Assembly (NCBI GenBank): GCA_045606105.1
Contig: JAZURI010000011.1
Coordinates: 91,240 to 155,239, forward strand
DNA: 64,000 bases
Direction: 5' to 3'
Source: Spirochaetia bacterium
Lineage (GTDB): Bacteria; Spirochaetota; Spirochaetia; CADAEX01
Both the position numbers and the translations under genes were made by a program. Under the pieces are notes generated by a model. It ran no database searches. It was not told the origin of the DNA and saw only the letters and a list, made by a program, of their open reading frames with translations. This document shows positions 29,380 to 39,996 of the stretch, piece by piece (within the stretch, counting starts at the first letter, position 1; every line of letters starts with the position of its first letter).

Positions 29380-30201
29380 ATGTTAGGAATTTACTTGGAA
29401 AACGTGAGAAAAAAAAGACCTCTGGTATGTAACATAACCAATTATGTTACAGTGAACGATGTGGCCAACATACTTCTGGCCTCGGGAGGAAGTCCCATCA
29501 TGACCGACGAGCCTGATGACCTGACCGATATCGTGACTATCTGCGGAGGACTGAACATAAACATAGGTACCCTCAACAAGAGAACCATCGAGGGGATGCA
29601 CAGAGCGGGAGAAACTGCCGTCAGGACCGGAATCCCGGTACTTCTGGACCCGGTGGGGGCAGGTGCAGGAAGATTGAGAACCGAAACTGCCCTGGATATC
29701 ATGGAAAAATACAGACCTGCCGTAATCAGGGGAAATGTATCGGAAATAAAGGCGCTGGCCATGGGCTCAGGCTCCACCAAGGGGGTGGATGCAGATGCGG
29801 CAGATGCAGTGACAGAAGCCAATCTGGACTACATGGTCTCCTTTGCAAAGGGGCTTGCCGGAAAAACCGGAGCGGTAACAGTAATTACCGGAGCCATTGA
29901 CCTGGTGGCAGACAGCGGAAGATGCTACGTAATCCGTAACGGACGGCCCGAAATGAGCGGCATTACGGGAACAGGCTGCATGCTTTCCGGCATGATGACA
30001 GCATATATAGCCGCAAACAGGGAAAACATTACCGAGGCGGCTGCCGCTGCAGTGGTTCTTATGGGCATTGCGGGGGAAATCGGATATGAGAACCTGCTTC
30101 CCGGGGAAGGAAACTCCACCTACAGGAACAGGATCATAGATGCAATCTGCCATATTGATGCAGAAACATTGGAGAAAAGAGCAAAATATGAAGTGCGGTA
30201 A
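29380..30201 (+). CDS. thiM: Hydroxyethylthiazole kinase
   Basis: NITNYVTVNDVAN, LDPVGAGA, RGNVSEI, ITGTGC. Confidence 0.95.
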   Translation: MLGIYLENVRKKRPLVCNITNYVTVNDVANILLASGGSPIMTDEPDDLTDIVTICGGLNINIGTLNKRTIEGMHRAGETAVRTGIPVLLDPVGAGAGRLRTETALDIMEKYRPAVIRGNVSEIKALAMGSGSTKGVDADAADAVTEANLDYMVSFAKGLAGKTGAVTVITGAIDLVADSGRCYVIRNGRPEMSGITGTGCMLSGMMTAYIAANRENITEAAAAAVVLMGIAGEIGYENLLPGEGNSTYRNRIIDAICHIDAETLEKRAKYEVR

Positions 30202-30829
30202 AAAGGAGCTTCTCCTTTATGCGGTAACAGACAGAAGCTGGCTCAGGGGAGCAAGCCTCAGGGAGCATACGGAGCTGGCAATCAAAGGGGGTGCAACCTT
30301 TGTTCAGCTGAGGGAAAAGGAGCTGGAATACGGTGAATTTCTCAAGGAAGCAAGGGAGCTCAAGGAGCTGTGCGGAAGGTACGGTGTTCCGTTTGTGATA
30401 AACGACAATGTGAAGCTGGCCCTGGAAATGGATGCAGACGGTGTCCATGTGGGTCAGAGCGACATGGAGGCCGGCGATGTGCGCCGGCTTATCGGCCCGG
30501 ACAAAATACTGGGAGTTTCGGCCCAGACAGTGGAGCAGGCTCTTCTGGCAGAAGCCAAGGGGGCCGATTACCTGGGTGTAGGGGCGGTTTTCCCTACCGG
30601 TTCCAAGGCCGATGCCCAGGATGTCAGCTACGATACCCTCCGGGATATCTGCCGGGCGGTAAGTATTCCGGTAATAGCCATCGGAGGAATCGGAAAACAT
30701 AACGTAATGAAGCTATCCGGCAGCGGCATCTGCGGTGTGGCGGTAATAAGTGCCATATTTGCGGCAGATGACATTGAACAGGCAACCCGGGAGCTGAGAA
30801 AAACTACGGAGGAGATGGTTTCGGAATGA
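30188..30829 (+). CDS. thiE: Thiamine-phosphate synthase
   Basis: LYAVTD, QLREK, IND, GVHVGQSD, AIGGI. Confidence 0.95.
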   Translation: MKCGKKELLLYAVTDRSWLRGASLREHTELAIKGGATFVQLREKELEYGEFLKEARELKELCGRYGVPFVINDNVKLALEMDADGVHVGQSDMEAGDVRRLIGPDKILGVSAQTVEQALLAEAKGADYLGVGAVFPTGSKADAQDVSYDTLRDICRAVSIPVIAIGGIGKHNVMKLSGSGICGVAVISAIFAADDIEQATRELRKTTEEMVSE

Positions 30830-31461
30830 TAAAAGGGGCAATTTTCGATCTGGACGGCACACTGCTGGATTCCACCCCCATGTGGTATACCATCGGGAAG
30901 AAATATCTGGCCGGGCTGGGAAAAGAGGCGGCACCGGGACTGGACGACACCATCCATGCCATGAGCCTTTATCAGGCAGCCTGCTACCTCAGGGATGAAT
31001 ACCATCTGGACAAGAGTGCGGAAGAAATAATGGCCGATATCAACAACATGATAAGCAGCTTTTATTTCGAGGAGCTGGAGCTGAAGGAGGGAGCCGGGGA
31101 TTTTATCCGGTACATGGCAGAAAACGGCATAAGAATGTGCATTGCCACCGCCACAGACCGGCCTTATGTGGAGGCTGCCCTGACAAGATGCGGAATCAGG
31201 GATTACTTTTCCGGAATCCTGACCTGCACCGAGGTGAGACACGGCAAGGATGAGCCCCACATATTCAGACAGGGACTTGAACTTCTGGGAACAGACCGGG
31301 AAAACACCCTGGTATTCGAGGATTCCTGCTATGCGGTACTTACTGCCGTAAAGGACGGCTTCCGGGTAATCGGCATCCATGACAGTCAGGAAAAAAGACA
31401 GGAAGAGATAAAGGCAAATACAGAGAAATACATAAAGGATTTTTCCGAATTCAGTTTATAA
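30826..31461 (+). CDS. HAD-family phosphatase
   Basis: IFDLDGTLLDS, GKDEP, FEDS. Confidence 0.9.
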   Translation: MIKGAIFDLDGTLLDSTPMWYTIGKKYLAGLGKEAAPGLDDTIHAMSLYQAACYLRDEYHLDKSAEEIMADINNMISSFYFEELELKEGAGDFIRYMAENGIRMCIATATDRPYVEAALTRCGIRDYFSGILTCTEVRHGKDEPHIFRQGLELLGTDRENTLVFEDSCYAVLTAVKDGFRVIGIHDSQEKRQEEIKANTEKYIKDFSEFSL

Positions 31462-31537
31462 ACCGGAAACAGACCGGAGCGGCAGACCGGGGGCACCACT
31501 CTCTGTCGCTATATAAAAATAATGCAAAGGAGCAGAT

Positions 31538-32353
31538 ATGAAAACAGCATTATCAATCGCAGGCAGTGACTGCAGCGGAGGCGCCGGAATTCAGGCAGAT
31601 CTGAAGACCATGACCATGAACGGTGTTTACGGCATGAGTGCAGTAACAGCACTTACAGCCCAGAACACCACCGGCGTAACAGGTATATCGGAGGTAACTC
31701 CCGATTTTCTTGCAAAACAGATAGAGATGATATTCAACGACATCCCGCCCCATGCGGTAAAGATAGGGATGGTGGCATCGGCCCCTCTCATCAGGGTCAT
31801 TGCGGAAAAGCTCCGTTTCTACAAGGCGGTGAACATCGTGGTGGATCCTGTAATGGTGGCTACCAGCGGTTCAAGCCTTCTGGAATCGGATGCGGTGATT
31901 ACCATGAAAAAGGAGCTTCTTCCCCTGGCAGACTTGGTTACACCCAACATACCGGAGGCAGAGGTCCTTTCAGGCATGAGCATAAAAGATAAGGCCGACA
32001 TGGAAAAGGCGGCTGAAAAAATAGCTCTGGAAAACAGCTGCGCCGTCCTGCTGAAGGGGGGACACAGCATAAGCGATGCGGACGATCTTCTCTTTGCCGG
32101 CGGAAAGATGAGCTGGTTCAGGGGGCGGAGAATAGAGAATCCCAACACCCACGGCACCGGCTGTACATTATCCAGTGCCATAGCTTCCAACCTGGCCAAG
32201 GGATATTCCATGGAGGAATCGGTACGGCGTTCCAAGGACTACATCTCAGATGCCCTGGCAGCCATGCTGAATCTGGGAGCCGGCTCCGGCCCGCTGAATC
32301 ACCTTTTTGACCTTAAGGGAAAGTATGCGGAACAAGTATCTGACAACAACTGA
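31538..32353 (+). CDS. thiD: HMP/HMP-P kinase
   Basis: IAGSDCSGGAGIQAD, TPNIPEA, KGGH, THGTGCT. Confidence 0.95.
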   Translation: MKTALSIAGSDCSGGAGIQADLKTMTMNGVYGMSAVTALTAQNTTGVTGISEVTPDFLAKQIEMIFNDIPPHAVKIGMVASAPLIRVIAEKLRFYKAVNIVVDPVMVATSGSSLLESDAVITMKKELLPLADLVTPNIPEAEVLSGMSIKDKADMEKAAEKIALENSCAVLLKGGHSISDADDLLFAGGKMSWFRGRRIENPNTHGTGCTLSSAIASNLAKGYSMEESVRRSKDYISDALAAMLNLGAGSGPLNHLFDLKGKYAEQVSDNN

Positions 32354-33494
32354 AAACAGTCTTATCTGGTTCGGGGCCGGAGTTTCCATTGCGGAAATAC
32401 TTACGGGAACCTGCTTTGCCCCTCTCGGCTTCGTAAAAGGGACTGCAGCCATCCTGCTGGGACATGTTATCGGCTGCTTCCTGCTTTTTCTTTCGGGCTG
32501 CATAGGGGGAACCATAAGAAAAAGCTCCATGGATGCCGTAAAGATGAGCTTCGGTGACCGGGGAGGCCTTCTTTTTGCCCTTCTCAACATACTGCAGCTG
32601 GTGGGCTGGACCTCCATAATGATTTATGACGGGGCCCTGGCTGCAGACGGAATACTCAGCACGGGACGATGGCTGTGGTGCCTTGTTATCGGGGGACTTA
32701 TCACAATATGGCTTATCATAGGAATCAGAAGTCTGGGAAAGCTTAACATATGGATTATGTCATCCCTTTTCATACTTACGGTTATCCTGAGTTTTATCGT
32801 TTTCGGCAGCAGCGGAAATACAATCCGGAATAACGGAATACTTACATTCGGTATGGCAGTGGAGCTTTCGGCAGCAATGCCCCTCTCCTGGCTGCCCCTG
32901 ATCAGTGACTACACCAGGGATGCGGAAAAACCGGTGAAAGCATCAGCAGTAAGTGCTGTTGTCTACGGAATCGTAAGCTGCTGGATGTATATCATCGGAA
33001 TGGGAGCCGCCATATTTACCGGAGAATCGGATATAGCACAGATCATGCTCAGGGCAGGACTGGGAACTGCAGGACTTTTCATCGTGGTTCTTTCCACAGT
33101 ATCCACAACCTTTCTGGATGCTTTCTCAGCCGGCATCTCCTGGGAATCGGTCTCCGGGGGGCGTAACGGCAGGAGCTTTGCCATCGGGGTTACAGTAATC
33201 AGTACGGCATGTGCTGTCTTCTTCCCGATTACAGACATTACCGACTTTTTATATCTGATAGGTTCCGTATTTGCACCTATGATTGCGGTTCAGATAGCCG
33301 ATTTCTTTATAATCAGGCATTACAGCTGCAGCTGTGGATTCAACATACATAATCTGGGAATATGGCTTGCGGGATTCATAATTTACCGTTTCATGATGAG
33401 AATGGATTTTGTGCTGGGTGTTACCTTACCGGCCATGCTTGTGACAATTCTGCTTTGTCTTTTCTTTCACAGAATCAAGAGAGGAAAAACATGA
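32325..33494 (+). CDS. cytX: Putative hydroxymethylpyrimidine transporter (NCS1 family)
   Basis: IWFGAGVSIAEI, MPLSWLPLISDY; thi operon context. Confidence 0.85.
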   Translation: MRNKYLTTTENSLIWFGAGVSIAEILTGTCFAPLGFVKGTAAILLGHVIGCFLLFLSGCIGGTIRKSSMDAVKMSFGDRGGLLFALLNILQLVGWTSIMIYDGALAADGILSTGRWLWCLVIGGLITIWLIIGIRSLGKLNIWIMSSLFILTVILSFIVFGSSGNTIRNNGILTFGMAVELSAAMPLSWLPLISDYTRDAEKPVKASAVSAVVYGIVSCWMYIIGMGAAIFTGESDIAQIMLRAGLGTAGLFIVVLSTVSTTFLDAFSAGISWESVSGGRNGRSFAIGVTVISTACAVFFPITDITDFLYLIGSVFAPMIAVQIADFFIIRHYSCSCGFNIHNLGIWLAGFIIYRFMMRMDFVLGVTLPAMLVTILLCLFFHRIKRGKT

Positions 33495-34114
33495 AAAAAC
33501 GTTGTGTAATAGTGGGCGGGGCTCCGGTGGAAAACTATGCAAGACTCAAAAAGGAGCTGCGGAGTGATGATTTTGTAATCTACTGCGACTGCGGGCTTAA
33601 GCATGAAACGGGACTTGACCGGAGACCGGACCTTATAGTGGGGGATTTCGATTCCCACACCAGGCCCGAAACAGAGACCGAAACCATAGTTCTCCCCTGC
33701 GAAAAGGATGACACCGACACTGTCTTTGCCGTGAAGGAGGGGATGAAACGGGGTTTTTCAGACTTCCTGATGATGGGGGTTATCGGAGCCAGGCTGGATC
33801 ATTCCCTGGGCAACGTGGCCATACTCGGCATGCTGGATAAGGCAGGCTGCCGGGGCAGGATCATGGATGACTATTCGGAAATGGAGACTGTATCTGCCTC
33901 CCCTGCCATTGTGGAGGATTCCTTTTCATACTTTTCCCTGCTGAACATAAGCGGAGAAGCGGCAGAAATAGACATCACCGGGGCCAAATACAACCTGTCG
34001 GGAGGAGAAATCACCTGTGACTATCCCTACGGAATAAGCAATGAGGTACTTCCCGGACACAGGGCACAGATAAAAGTGGGAAGGGGATCCCTCCTTTTGA
34101 TAAAAGTTTATTAA
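33491..34114 (+). CDS. thiN: Thiamine diphosphokinase
   Basis: CDCG, VGDFDS, EKDDTD, GARLDH, GISNE. Confidence 0.92.
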   Translation: MKKRCVIVGGAPVENYARLKKELRSDDFVIYCDCGLKHETGLDRRPDLIVGDFDSHTRPETETETIVLPCEKDDTDTVFAVKEGMKRGFSDFLMMGVIGARLDHSLGNVAILGMLDKAGCRGRIMDDYSEMETVSASPAIVEDSFSYFSLLNISGEAAEIDITGAKYNLSGGEITCDYPYGISNEVLPGHRAQIKVGRGSLLLIKVY

Positions 34115-34178
34115 AAATATATTTACTGTTTAAAAGTTTCAAGTTATAGTTATACAAAGAAATATTTTGGAGGATCAA

Positions 34179-35429
34179 ATGGGATTTTTTGAAGATCACC
34201 TTAAAGATACAGACCCTGAAGTCTGGGCTGCAATCGAAGCTGAAAAAGCCAGACAGAACCACAACATCGAGCTTATCGCATCAGAGAACAACGTTTCCAT
34301 GGCAGTTCTTGAAGCAGACGGCTGTGTAATGACAAACAAGTATGCAGAAGGCTATCCTACAAAGCGCTATTACGGCGGATGCGAATGTGTTGACGTTGCA
34401 GAAGAGCTTGCAAGAGAAAGAGCAAAGAAGCTTTTCGGATGTGAATATGCCAACGTACAGCCTCATTCAGGTGCTCAGGCAAACATGGCAGTTCAGTTTG
34501 CAATCCTCAAGCCGGGCGATACAGTCATGGGTATGAATCTTGCTCACGGCGGACATCTTTCCCACGGTTCCCCGGTAAACTTCTCAGGTACATATTTCAA
34601 CATCGTTCCTTACGGAGTAGATGAAACAGGATATATCGATTACGCAAAGGTAAGGGAGATTGCCCTTGAGTGCAAGCCTAAGATGATCATCGCAGGTGCT
34701 TCCGCATACCCAAGAGAAATCGATTTCAAGAAATTCAGGGAAATCGCAGACGAAGTGGGTGCAGTTCTCATGGTGGACATGGCACACATCGCAGGTCTGG
34801 TAGCAGCAGGTCTCCATCAGAGCCCAATCCCTTATGCTCACGTAGTAACCACAACCACACACAAGACACTCAGAGGTCCAAGAGGCGGTATGATCCTGGC
34901 AACACAGGAAGCTGCAGACACATTCAAGTTCAACAAGTGTGTATTCCCTGGTATCCAGGGGGGTCCTCTCATGCATATCGTGGCAGCAAAGGCAGTAGCT
35001 TTCGGCGAATGTCTCAAGCCTGAATTCAAGGAATATGCCGCACAGGTAAAGAAAAACGCACAGGTTCTGGCAGAAGAGCTTCTTAAAGCAGGTTTTGCCC
35101 TGGTATCCGGCGGTACAGACAACCATCTCATGCTGGTAGACGTATCAGTTCTCGGACTTACAGGAAAGGCTGTTGAACAGGCTCTGGACAAGGCAGGAAT
35201 CAGCGTAAACAAGAACTCCATTCCTTTCGACAAGCAGAAGCCTACAGTTACCAGCGGTATCAGAATCGGTACCCCTTCCGTAACAACAAGAGGCATGAAG
35301 GAAGCTGAAATGGTACAGATTGCTGCATTCATCAAGAGAGCCTGTGACAATATCGACAACGATGCTGCATTGGAAGAACTCAAGCAGGAAGTTTACGCTT
35401 TTACAGCCAAGTTCCCTATGTATAAATGA
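34179..35429 (+). CDS. glyA: Serine hydroxymethyltransferase
   Basis: [34 protein letters not shown]. Confidence 0.98.
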   Translation: MGFFEDHLKDTDPEVWAAIEAEKARQNHNIELIASENNVSMAVLEADGCVMTNKYAEGYPTKRYYGGCECVDVAEELARERAKKLFGCEYANVQPHSGAQANMAVQFAILKPGDTVMGMNLAHGGHLSHGSPVNFSGTYFNIVPYGVDETGYIDYAKVREIALECKPKMIIAGASAYPREIDFKKFREIADEVGAVLMVDMAHIAGLVAAGLHQSPIPYAHVVTTTTHKTLRGPRGGMILATQEAADTFKFNKCVFPGIQGGPLMHIVAAKAVAFGECLKPEFKEYAAQVKKNAQVLAEELLKAGFALVSGGTDNHLMLVDVSVLGLTGKAVEQALDKAGISVNKNSIPFDKQKPTVTSGIRIGTPSVTTRGMKEAEMVQIAAFIKRACDNIDNDAALEELKQEVYAFTAKFPMYK

Positions 35430-35480
35430 TATTTGACGGATATAAATTTATATATTATATTTTTTTATAAGGAGTAAAAA

Positions 35481-36020
35481 ATGGCAAACAAATACGCAGG
35501 TACAAAAACCGAACAGAATCTCTGGGCTGCATTTGCAGGAGAAAGCCAGGCTAGAAATAAATATACATATTTCGCATCAATCGCCAAGAAAGAGGGCTAC
35601 GAACAGATTTCTGCCCTTTTCGAAAAAACAGCAAACAACGAAAAAGAGCATGCGAAACTCTGGTTCAAGGAGCTTGAAGGAATCGGCGACACAGCTGCAA
35701 ACCTGGAAGCTGCCGCAGACGGCGAAAACTATGAATGGACAGATATGTACGAAAACTTTGCAAAGGATGCAGAGGCTGAAGGCTTCAAGGCTCTTGCTGC
35801 AAAATTCAGAGCAGTAGCTGCCATCGAAAAGCATCACGAAGAGAGATACCGCGCACTTCTCAAGAATGTGGAAACTGCTCAGGTATTCGAAAGAAGCGAA
35901 GTAAAGATCTGGGAATGCCGCAACTGCGGACACATCATCGTAGGAACAAAGGCTCCTGAGCTTTGTCCTGTATGTCTCCATCCAAAGGCATATTTCGAGC
36001 TTAACGCAGAAAACTACTGA
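35481..36020 (+). CDS. rbr: Rubrerythrin
   Basis: [18 protein letters not shown]-terminal CRNC...CPVC; TTGACG-17-TATATT promoter upstream. Confidence 0.93.
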   Translation: MANKYAGTKTEQNLWAAFAGESQARNKYTYFASIAKKEGYEQISALFEKTANNEKEHAKLWFKELEGIGDTAANLEAAADGENYEWTDMYENFAKDAEAEGFKALAAKFRAVAAIEKHHEERYRALLKNVETAQVFERSEVKIWECRNCGHIIVGTKAPELCPVCLHPKAYFELNAENY

Positions 36021-36040
36021 TTCGTTTTTTACGTACAATG

Positions 36041-36071
36041 AAAAAGGGCTTCGTCATGAAGCCCTTTTTTT
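36041..36071. terminator. Bidirectional terminator between rbr and the EamA gene
   Basis: AAAAAGGGCTTC-GTCAT-GAAGCCCTTTTTT. Confidence 0.85.
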
Positions 36072-36072
36072 G

Positions 36073-36942
36073 TCATTTGAAGAAAGTCATAAGCAGGGTG
36101 CCGACCACCATGAGGGAGAGCCCCAGAGCACCTTTCCGGGAAAGCTCTTCCTTGAACACCACATAGGAGAAGGCCACGGTAATAAGGATGCTGAGCTTGT
36201 CTATAGGAACTACCACGCTTACCTCTCCGTTCTGGATGGCATAGTAGTAGCAGAGCCAGGAGGCTCCTGTGGCCAGACCTGAGAGGGAGATAAAGATAAG
36301 CTCCTTTCTGTCCAGATGCCGGAGACCGGTATGCTTTCCTTTGCCGAAAACAATAAGCCAGGCCATCAGCAGAACCACGCAGGTACGGATGGCGGTGCTC
36401 AGGTTGGATTCCACCCCGGTAATGCCCACCTTGGCCAGAATGGACTGAAGAGCGGCAAACACGGCTGCCAGTACGGCATAGAGCATCCAGCTTCTTCCCT
36501 GCACCTGATTGTCGGATTCCTTTTTTTCCACCATAAGAAAAATTCCTGTTCCCAGAATAAGGGTGGAGAGAAGCTTCATGGCCAGGTTGGAGGTTTCTCC
36601 GAAGCATATCATAGCCATGATAACGGTCAGTATTGTACTTGATTTGTCTATAGGGACTACCTTGTTCACGTCTCCCATGGAAAGAGCCTTGAAATAGCAT
36701 ATCCAGGAAGCACCTGTAGCCAGACCTGAAAGGATGAGAAAAATCAGGGATTCGGTCCTGATGTCCTGCAGTGTATCCTGGGACCCTACCACAAAAACCA
36801 TGATCCAGGCAAAAACCAGAACCACCACGGTACGGATTGCCGTAGCCAGATCGGAATCGGTATGTTTTATACCGCACTTGGCCAGAATGGATGTAAGTCC
36901 TGCAAAAAAAGCCGAAAGAACGGCGGCTGTCAACCAAAGCAT
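36073..36942 (-). CDS. EamA/DMT transporter
   Basis: Two internal repeats ILAK.G..., LSGLATGASW.CY, VVPIDK. Confidence 0.9.
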   Translation of the reverse strand: MLWLTAAVLSAFFAGLTSILAKCGIKHTDSDLATAIRTVVVLVFAWIMVFVVGSQDTLQDIRTESLIFLILSGLATGASWICYFKALSMGDVNKVVPIDKSSTILTVIMAMICFGETSNLAMKLLSTLILGTGIFLMVEKKESDNQVQGRSWMLYAVLAAVFAALQSILAKVGITGVESNLSTAIRTCVVLLMAWLIVFGKGKHTGLRHLDRKELIFISLSGLATGASWLCYYYAIQNGEVSVVVPIDKLSILITVAFSYVVFKEELSRKGALGLSLMVVGTLLMTFFK

Positions 36943-37013
36943 ATGTTACCTCGGTTCTACTCTACTCCCTTTCAGCTTTTAAAACAATATGGTTAAGGGA
37001 TATAAGAAAGGAA

Positions 37014-37466
37014 TCAGATAAACTCCAGAATCTCGGCGGCGTTGGTGTCCGGTTTTACCTTTTCCATTACCCGCTCTATATTGCCCTGTTCATCGATGAT
37101 GAATGTGGTACGAACCACTCCCATGGATACCTTACCGCACATCTTTTTTTCCTGCCATACGCCGAAGGGTTCGATGGCCTTCAGTTCAGGGTCTGAAAGG
37201 AGGATAAACGGGAGATCGTACTTGGCTGCAAATTTCTGATGGGATACCACGCTGTCCTTGCTGATGCCGATGACAACTACCCCTTTTTTCTCAAATTCCT
37301 TGTAGATGCCGGCAAAAGCGCAGGCCTGACGGGTACAACCCGGTGTGTTGTCCTTTGGATAAAAATAGATAACTACCTTTTTTCCGAGAAAATCTGAAAG
37401 GGAAACATTGTTTCCGTCTTTGTCCTGAAGTGTAAAATCGGGTGCTTTCATCCCTTTTTCAAGCAT
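37014..37466 (-). CDS. bcp: Bcp-type peroxiredoxin
   Basis: FYPKDNTPGCTRQAC. Confidence 0.93.
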   Translation of the reverse strand: MLEKGMKAPDFTLQDKDGNNVSLSDFLGKKVVIYFYPKDNTPGCTRQACAFAGIYKEFEKKGVVVIGISKDSVVSHQKFAAKYDLPFILLSDPELKAIEPFGVWQEKKMCGKVSMGVVRTTFIIDEQGNIERVMEKVKPDTNAAEILEFI

Positions 37467-37511
37467 TTTGTACCTCCTGTCAATATAAATATAACATCCA
37501 AACGGCAGAAT

Positions 37512-37898
37512 TCAAAACAGTTCCTTTACTTTTTCCAGAATCAGGATGTCGGCAGGAAGCCAGCCCGGGGTATGGATTTCATCCTTGGTAAGCCAGCGGA
37601 ACGCACTGTGCTCGGAAAGAACGGGACTCCCCTGCTCCAATGTACATAGAAAACAATCCATGGAGAGGTGGAATGTGGGATAATCGTACTCCACGGTGCC
37701 GATAAGCCTTTCGGGGATAACGGTAACGGAAAGCTCCTCCCGAATTTCCCGGACAAGGGCTGCCTCCGGTGTCTCGCCGCTCTCTATCTTGCCGCCTGGA
37801 AATTCCCAGCCCCCCTTGAAATCGCCGCTGCCCCGCTGTGTGGCAAGAATCCGGCTGTTGTCCTTGATTACGGCTGCAACTACACGTACGGTTTTCAA
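37512..37898 (-). CDS. MutT-like NUDIX hydrolase
   Basis: WEFPGGKIESGETPEAALVREIREEL Nudix box; probable TTG start overlapping the upstream stop. Confidence 0.9.
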   Translation of the reverse strand: MKTVRVVAAVIKDNSRILATQRGSGDFKGGWEFPGGKIESGETPEAALVREIREELSVTVIPERLIGTVEYDYPTFHLSMDCFLCTLEQGSPVLSEHSAFRWLTKDEIHTPGWLPADILILEKVKELF

Positions 37899-38308
37899 AT
37901 AAGGACTCCGTTGCAGTGATCTATCTCGTGCTGAATGATCTGTGCCGGAAAGCCCCGGTAGATTTTTTCGCATTCATTCAGATTCATATCCAGATACCTG
38001 ACCTTGACAGTTCTGAAGCGCTGGCAGGGTCTGGGTCCACCCAGGAGAGAAAGGCACCCTTCCTCGGTTTCGTAAGGACCCGACGAGGTGATAATTTCGG
38101 GATTAAGCATGACGGTGTAGCTGCTTCCGTCCTGAAAGGCGATGATGCATCTGCGTATGCCGATCATGTTGGCAGCCATTCCCACGCAGTTTTCCTTATG
38201 GGCAATCAAGGTATCCAGAAGGTCCTGTGCCGCAGCAAAATCGGCCTCTGTGGCAGGCTCTGATTTTTCGGCCAGAAATGCCGGGTCGTGGACAAGGGCT
38301 CGGATCAT
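37895..38308 (-). CDS. def: Second peptide deformylase
   Basis: GMAANMIG, EGCLSL, QHEIDH. Confidence 0.88.
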   Translation of the reverse strand: MIRALVHDPAFLAEKSEPATEADFAAAQDLLDTLIAHKENCVGMAANMIGIRRCIIAFQDGSSYTVMLNPEIITSSGPYETEEGCLSLLGGPRPCQRFRTVKVRYLDMNLNECEKIYRGFPAQIIQHEIDHCNGVLI

Positions 38309-38309
38309 G

Positions 38310-38702
38310 TCAGAACTCGACTGTTTCAGGAGCCTTGGCAAAGGAGCTGAAGGTGGCTACGCAGTTTTTCAGGTAGAATACCTGTGTGTTGCCGTCGTTC
38401 TCGTTATACATGCAGCGGAGCATAGGATAGGCATCCAGCATGGATTTGCGGGCTTCGAAGCGGTCATCCTCCACCAGAACGCAGGCAACACGGAGCCAGG
38501 TACCGTCGCAGAAGGCACAGAGCTCTGCCTTAGGGTTTGCAGCCAGCTGACGGCTGGTGGGCTTTATTTTTCCGGTCTGTATGTAGAGTTTTCCTTCAAA
38601 TTCGTTGATTGTCCCGAAAGGGCGTACACGGGGCTGATCCCCCTCAACAGTAGCCAGATAATATGTTTCTGCTTTCTTCAAGAAATCGTAAACTCTTTTC
38701 AT
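38310..38702 (-). CDS. Pyridoxamine 5'-phosphate oxidase-like protein
   Basis: YLATVEGDQPRVRPF motif. Confidence 0.85.
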   Translation of the reverse strand: MKRVYDFLKKAETYYLATVEGDQPRVRPFGTINEFEGKLYIQTGKIKPTSRQLAANPKAELCAFCDGTWLRVACVLVEDDRFEARKSMLDAYPMLRCMYNENDGNTQVFYLKNCVATFSSFAKAPETVEF

Positions 38703-38716
38703 GTTATCTCCTTTTT

Positions 38717-39193
38717 TTATTCTGCCAGTTTTTTAAGGCTCTCTCCCGAAAAGCGGTAGGTGGTCCAGTCACTCATCTGCTCGGCTCCCAGGGAAAGGTA
38801 GAAATCGATGCTGGGCTTGTTCCAGTCAAGACACCACCACTCAAATCTTCCGCAGCCGCGCTCCAGTGCAATGCGGGCCAGTTCCCTGAGAATTCCCTTT
38901 CCGTGGCCGCGGCCTCTGTATTCAGGCAGGACATAAAGATCCTCCAGATAGATGCCGGCTTTTCCGAGAAATGTGGAGAAATTATGGAAAAACAGGGCAA
39001 AACCCACTTCCTTGCCATCCTCCATGGAGAAAATGACCTCAGCTATATGCTTTTCGAAAAGCCACTGACGGAGAATTTCCTTGTCGGCCACCACCAGATC
39101 GGACATTTTTTCGTACTCTGCCAGCTGCCGGATGAAGCTGAGAATCAGATCTGTATCTTTTTCCGTTGCAAAACGGTATTGGATTGTGTTCAT
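38717..39193 (-). CDS. GNAT acetyltransferase (spermidine/diamine acetyltransferase-like)
   Basis: YLEDLYVLPEYRGRGHGK, LDWNKPSIDFY. Confidence 0.9.
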   Translation of the reverse strand: MNTIQYRFATEKDTDLILSFIRQLAEYEKMSDLVVADKEILRQWLFEKHIAEVIFSMEDGKEVGFALFFHNFSTFLGKAGIYLEDLYVLPEYRGRGHGKGILRELARIALERGCGRFEWWCLDWNKPSIDFYLSLGAEQMSDWTTYRFSGESLKKLAE

Positions 39194-39272
39194 GTGGATA
39201 TTATAGCACGGAATGGGAGGAATGGGGAAATTATTATTGTCAAATAGTAAAGACAGATGATAAAATTATAAT

Positions 39273-39995
39273 ATGTTAAATGATTTCTTTAATTGGTTGA
39301 CCCTGAATACAAATCTTGCAAATTCATCAAAAGACCACTATAAAAATGGATTAAAATCCATATCAAAGGAAATGTTATCCAGAGATATAATTGATAAACC
39401 GTTGGAAGATATGTCTGTTCAAGAATTGGAAATCGCATATTTTTGCATCTTTCAAGACACTGTTTTTCTCGAAAAAAACAATCGGGGAAATAACATGTAC
39501 AGTAATTCATTAAAACATTATATGGCATTCGTAAAAGATGTTGCAAAAAATGATATAGAAGATAATTTTGTTAAATCAATCAAAAAAGATAATACTATTT
39601 CAGAAACAGAAAAAGAAACCATTATACTGGCCAGATTGGGACAAGGAAAATTCAGAAAGCTGATATTAGAAAAATATAATTCCAGGTGTGTAATATCAGG
39701 TATTTCCGACACCAGGCTTTTGATAGCCGGACACATTAAGCCTTGGGCAGTTTGCGATAACAATAACAGAATTGATCCCGAAAACGGTCTATTGTTCAAT
39801 AACTTATATGACAAAATGTTTGATCTTGGAATAATGACATTTTCCGAAAAAGGGAAGATTCTTATTTCAAAAACATTCAAAGAAAAAAATATAAAGCTTA
39901 TCGGCCTGGATACAGAACGTATTTATGACCTGCAATTGACCGATAAAATGAAACAAAATCTTGAATATCACAGAGATATTATATTTTTGAAGTAG
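39273..39995 (+). CDS. HNH endonuclease (putative restriction nuclease)
   Basis: RLGQGKFR...RCVISG...AGHIKPW...ENGLL...DKMFDLG; AT-rich. Confidence 0.85.
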   Translation: MLNDFFNWLTLNTNLANSSKDHYKNGLKSISKEMLSRDIIDKPLEDMSVQELEIAYFCIFQDTVFLEKNNRGNNMYSNSLKHYMAFVKDVAKNDIEDNFVKSIKKDNTISETEKETIILARLGQGKFRKLILEKYNSRCVISGISDTRLLIAGHIKPWAVCDNNNRIDPENGLLFNNLYDKMFDLGIMTFSEKGKILISKTFKEKNIKLIGLDTERIYDLQLTDKMKQNLEYHRDIIFLK

Positions 39996-39996
39996 T

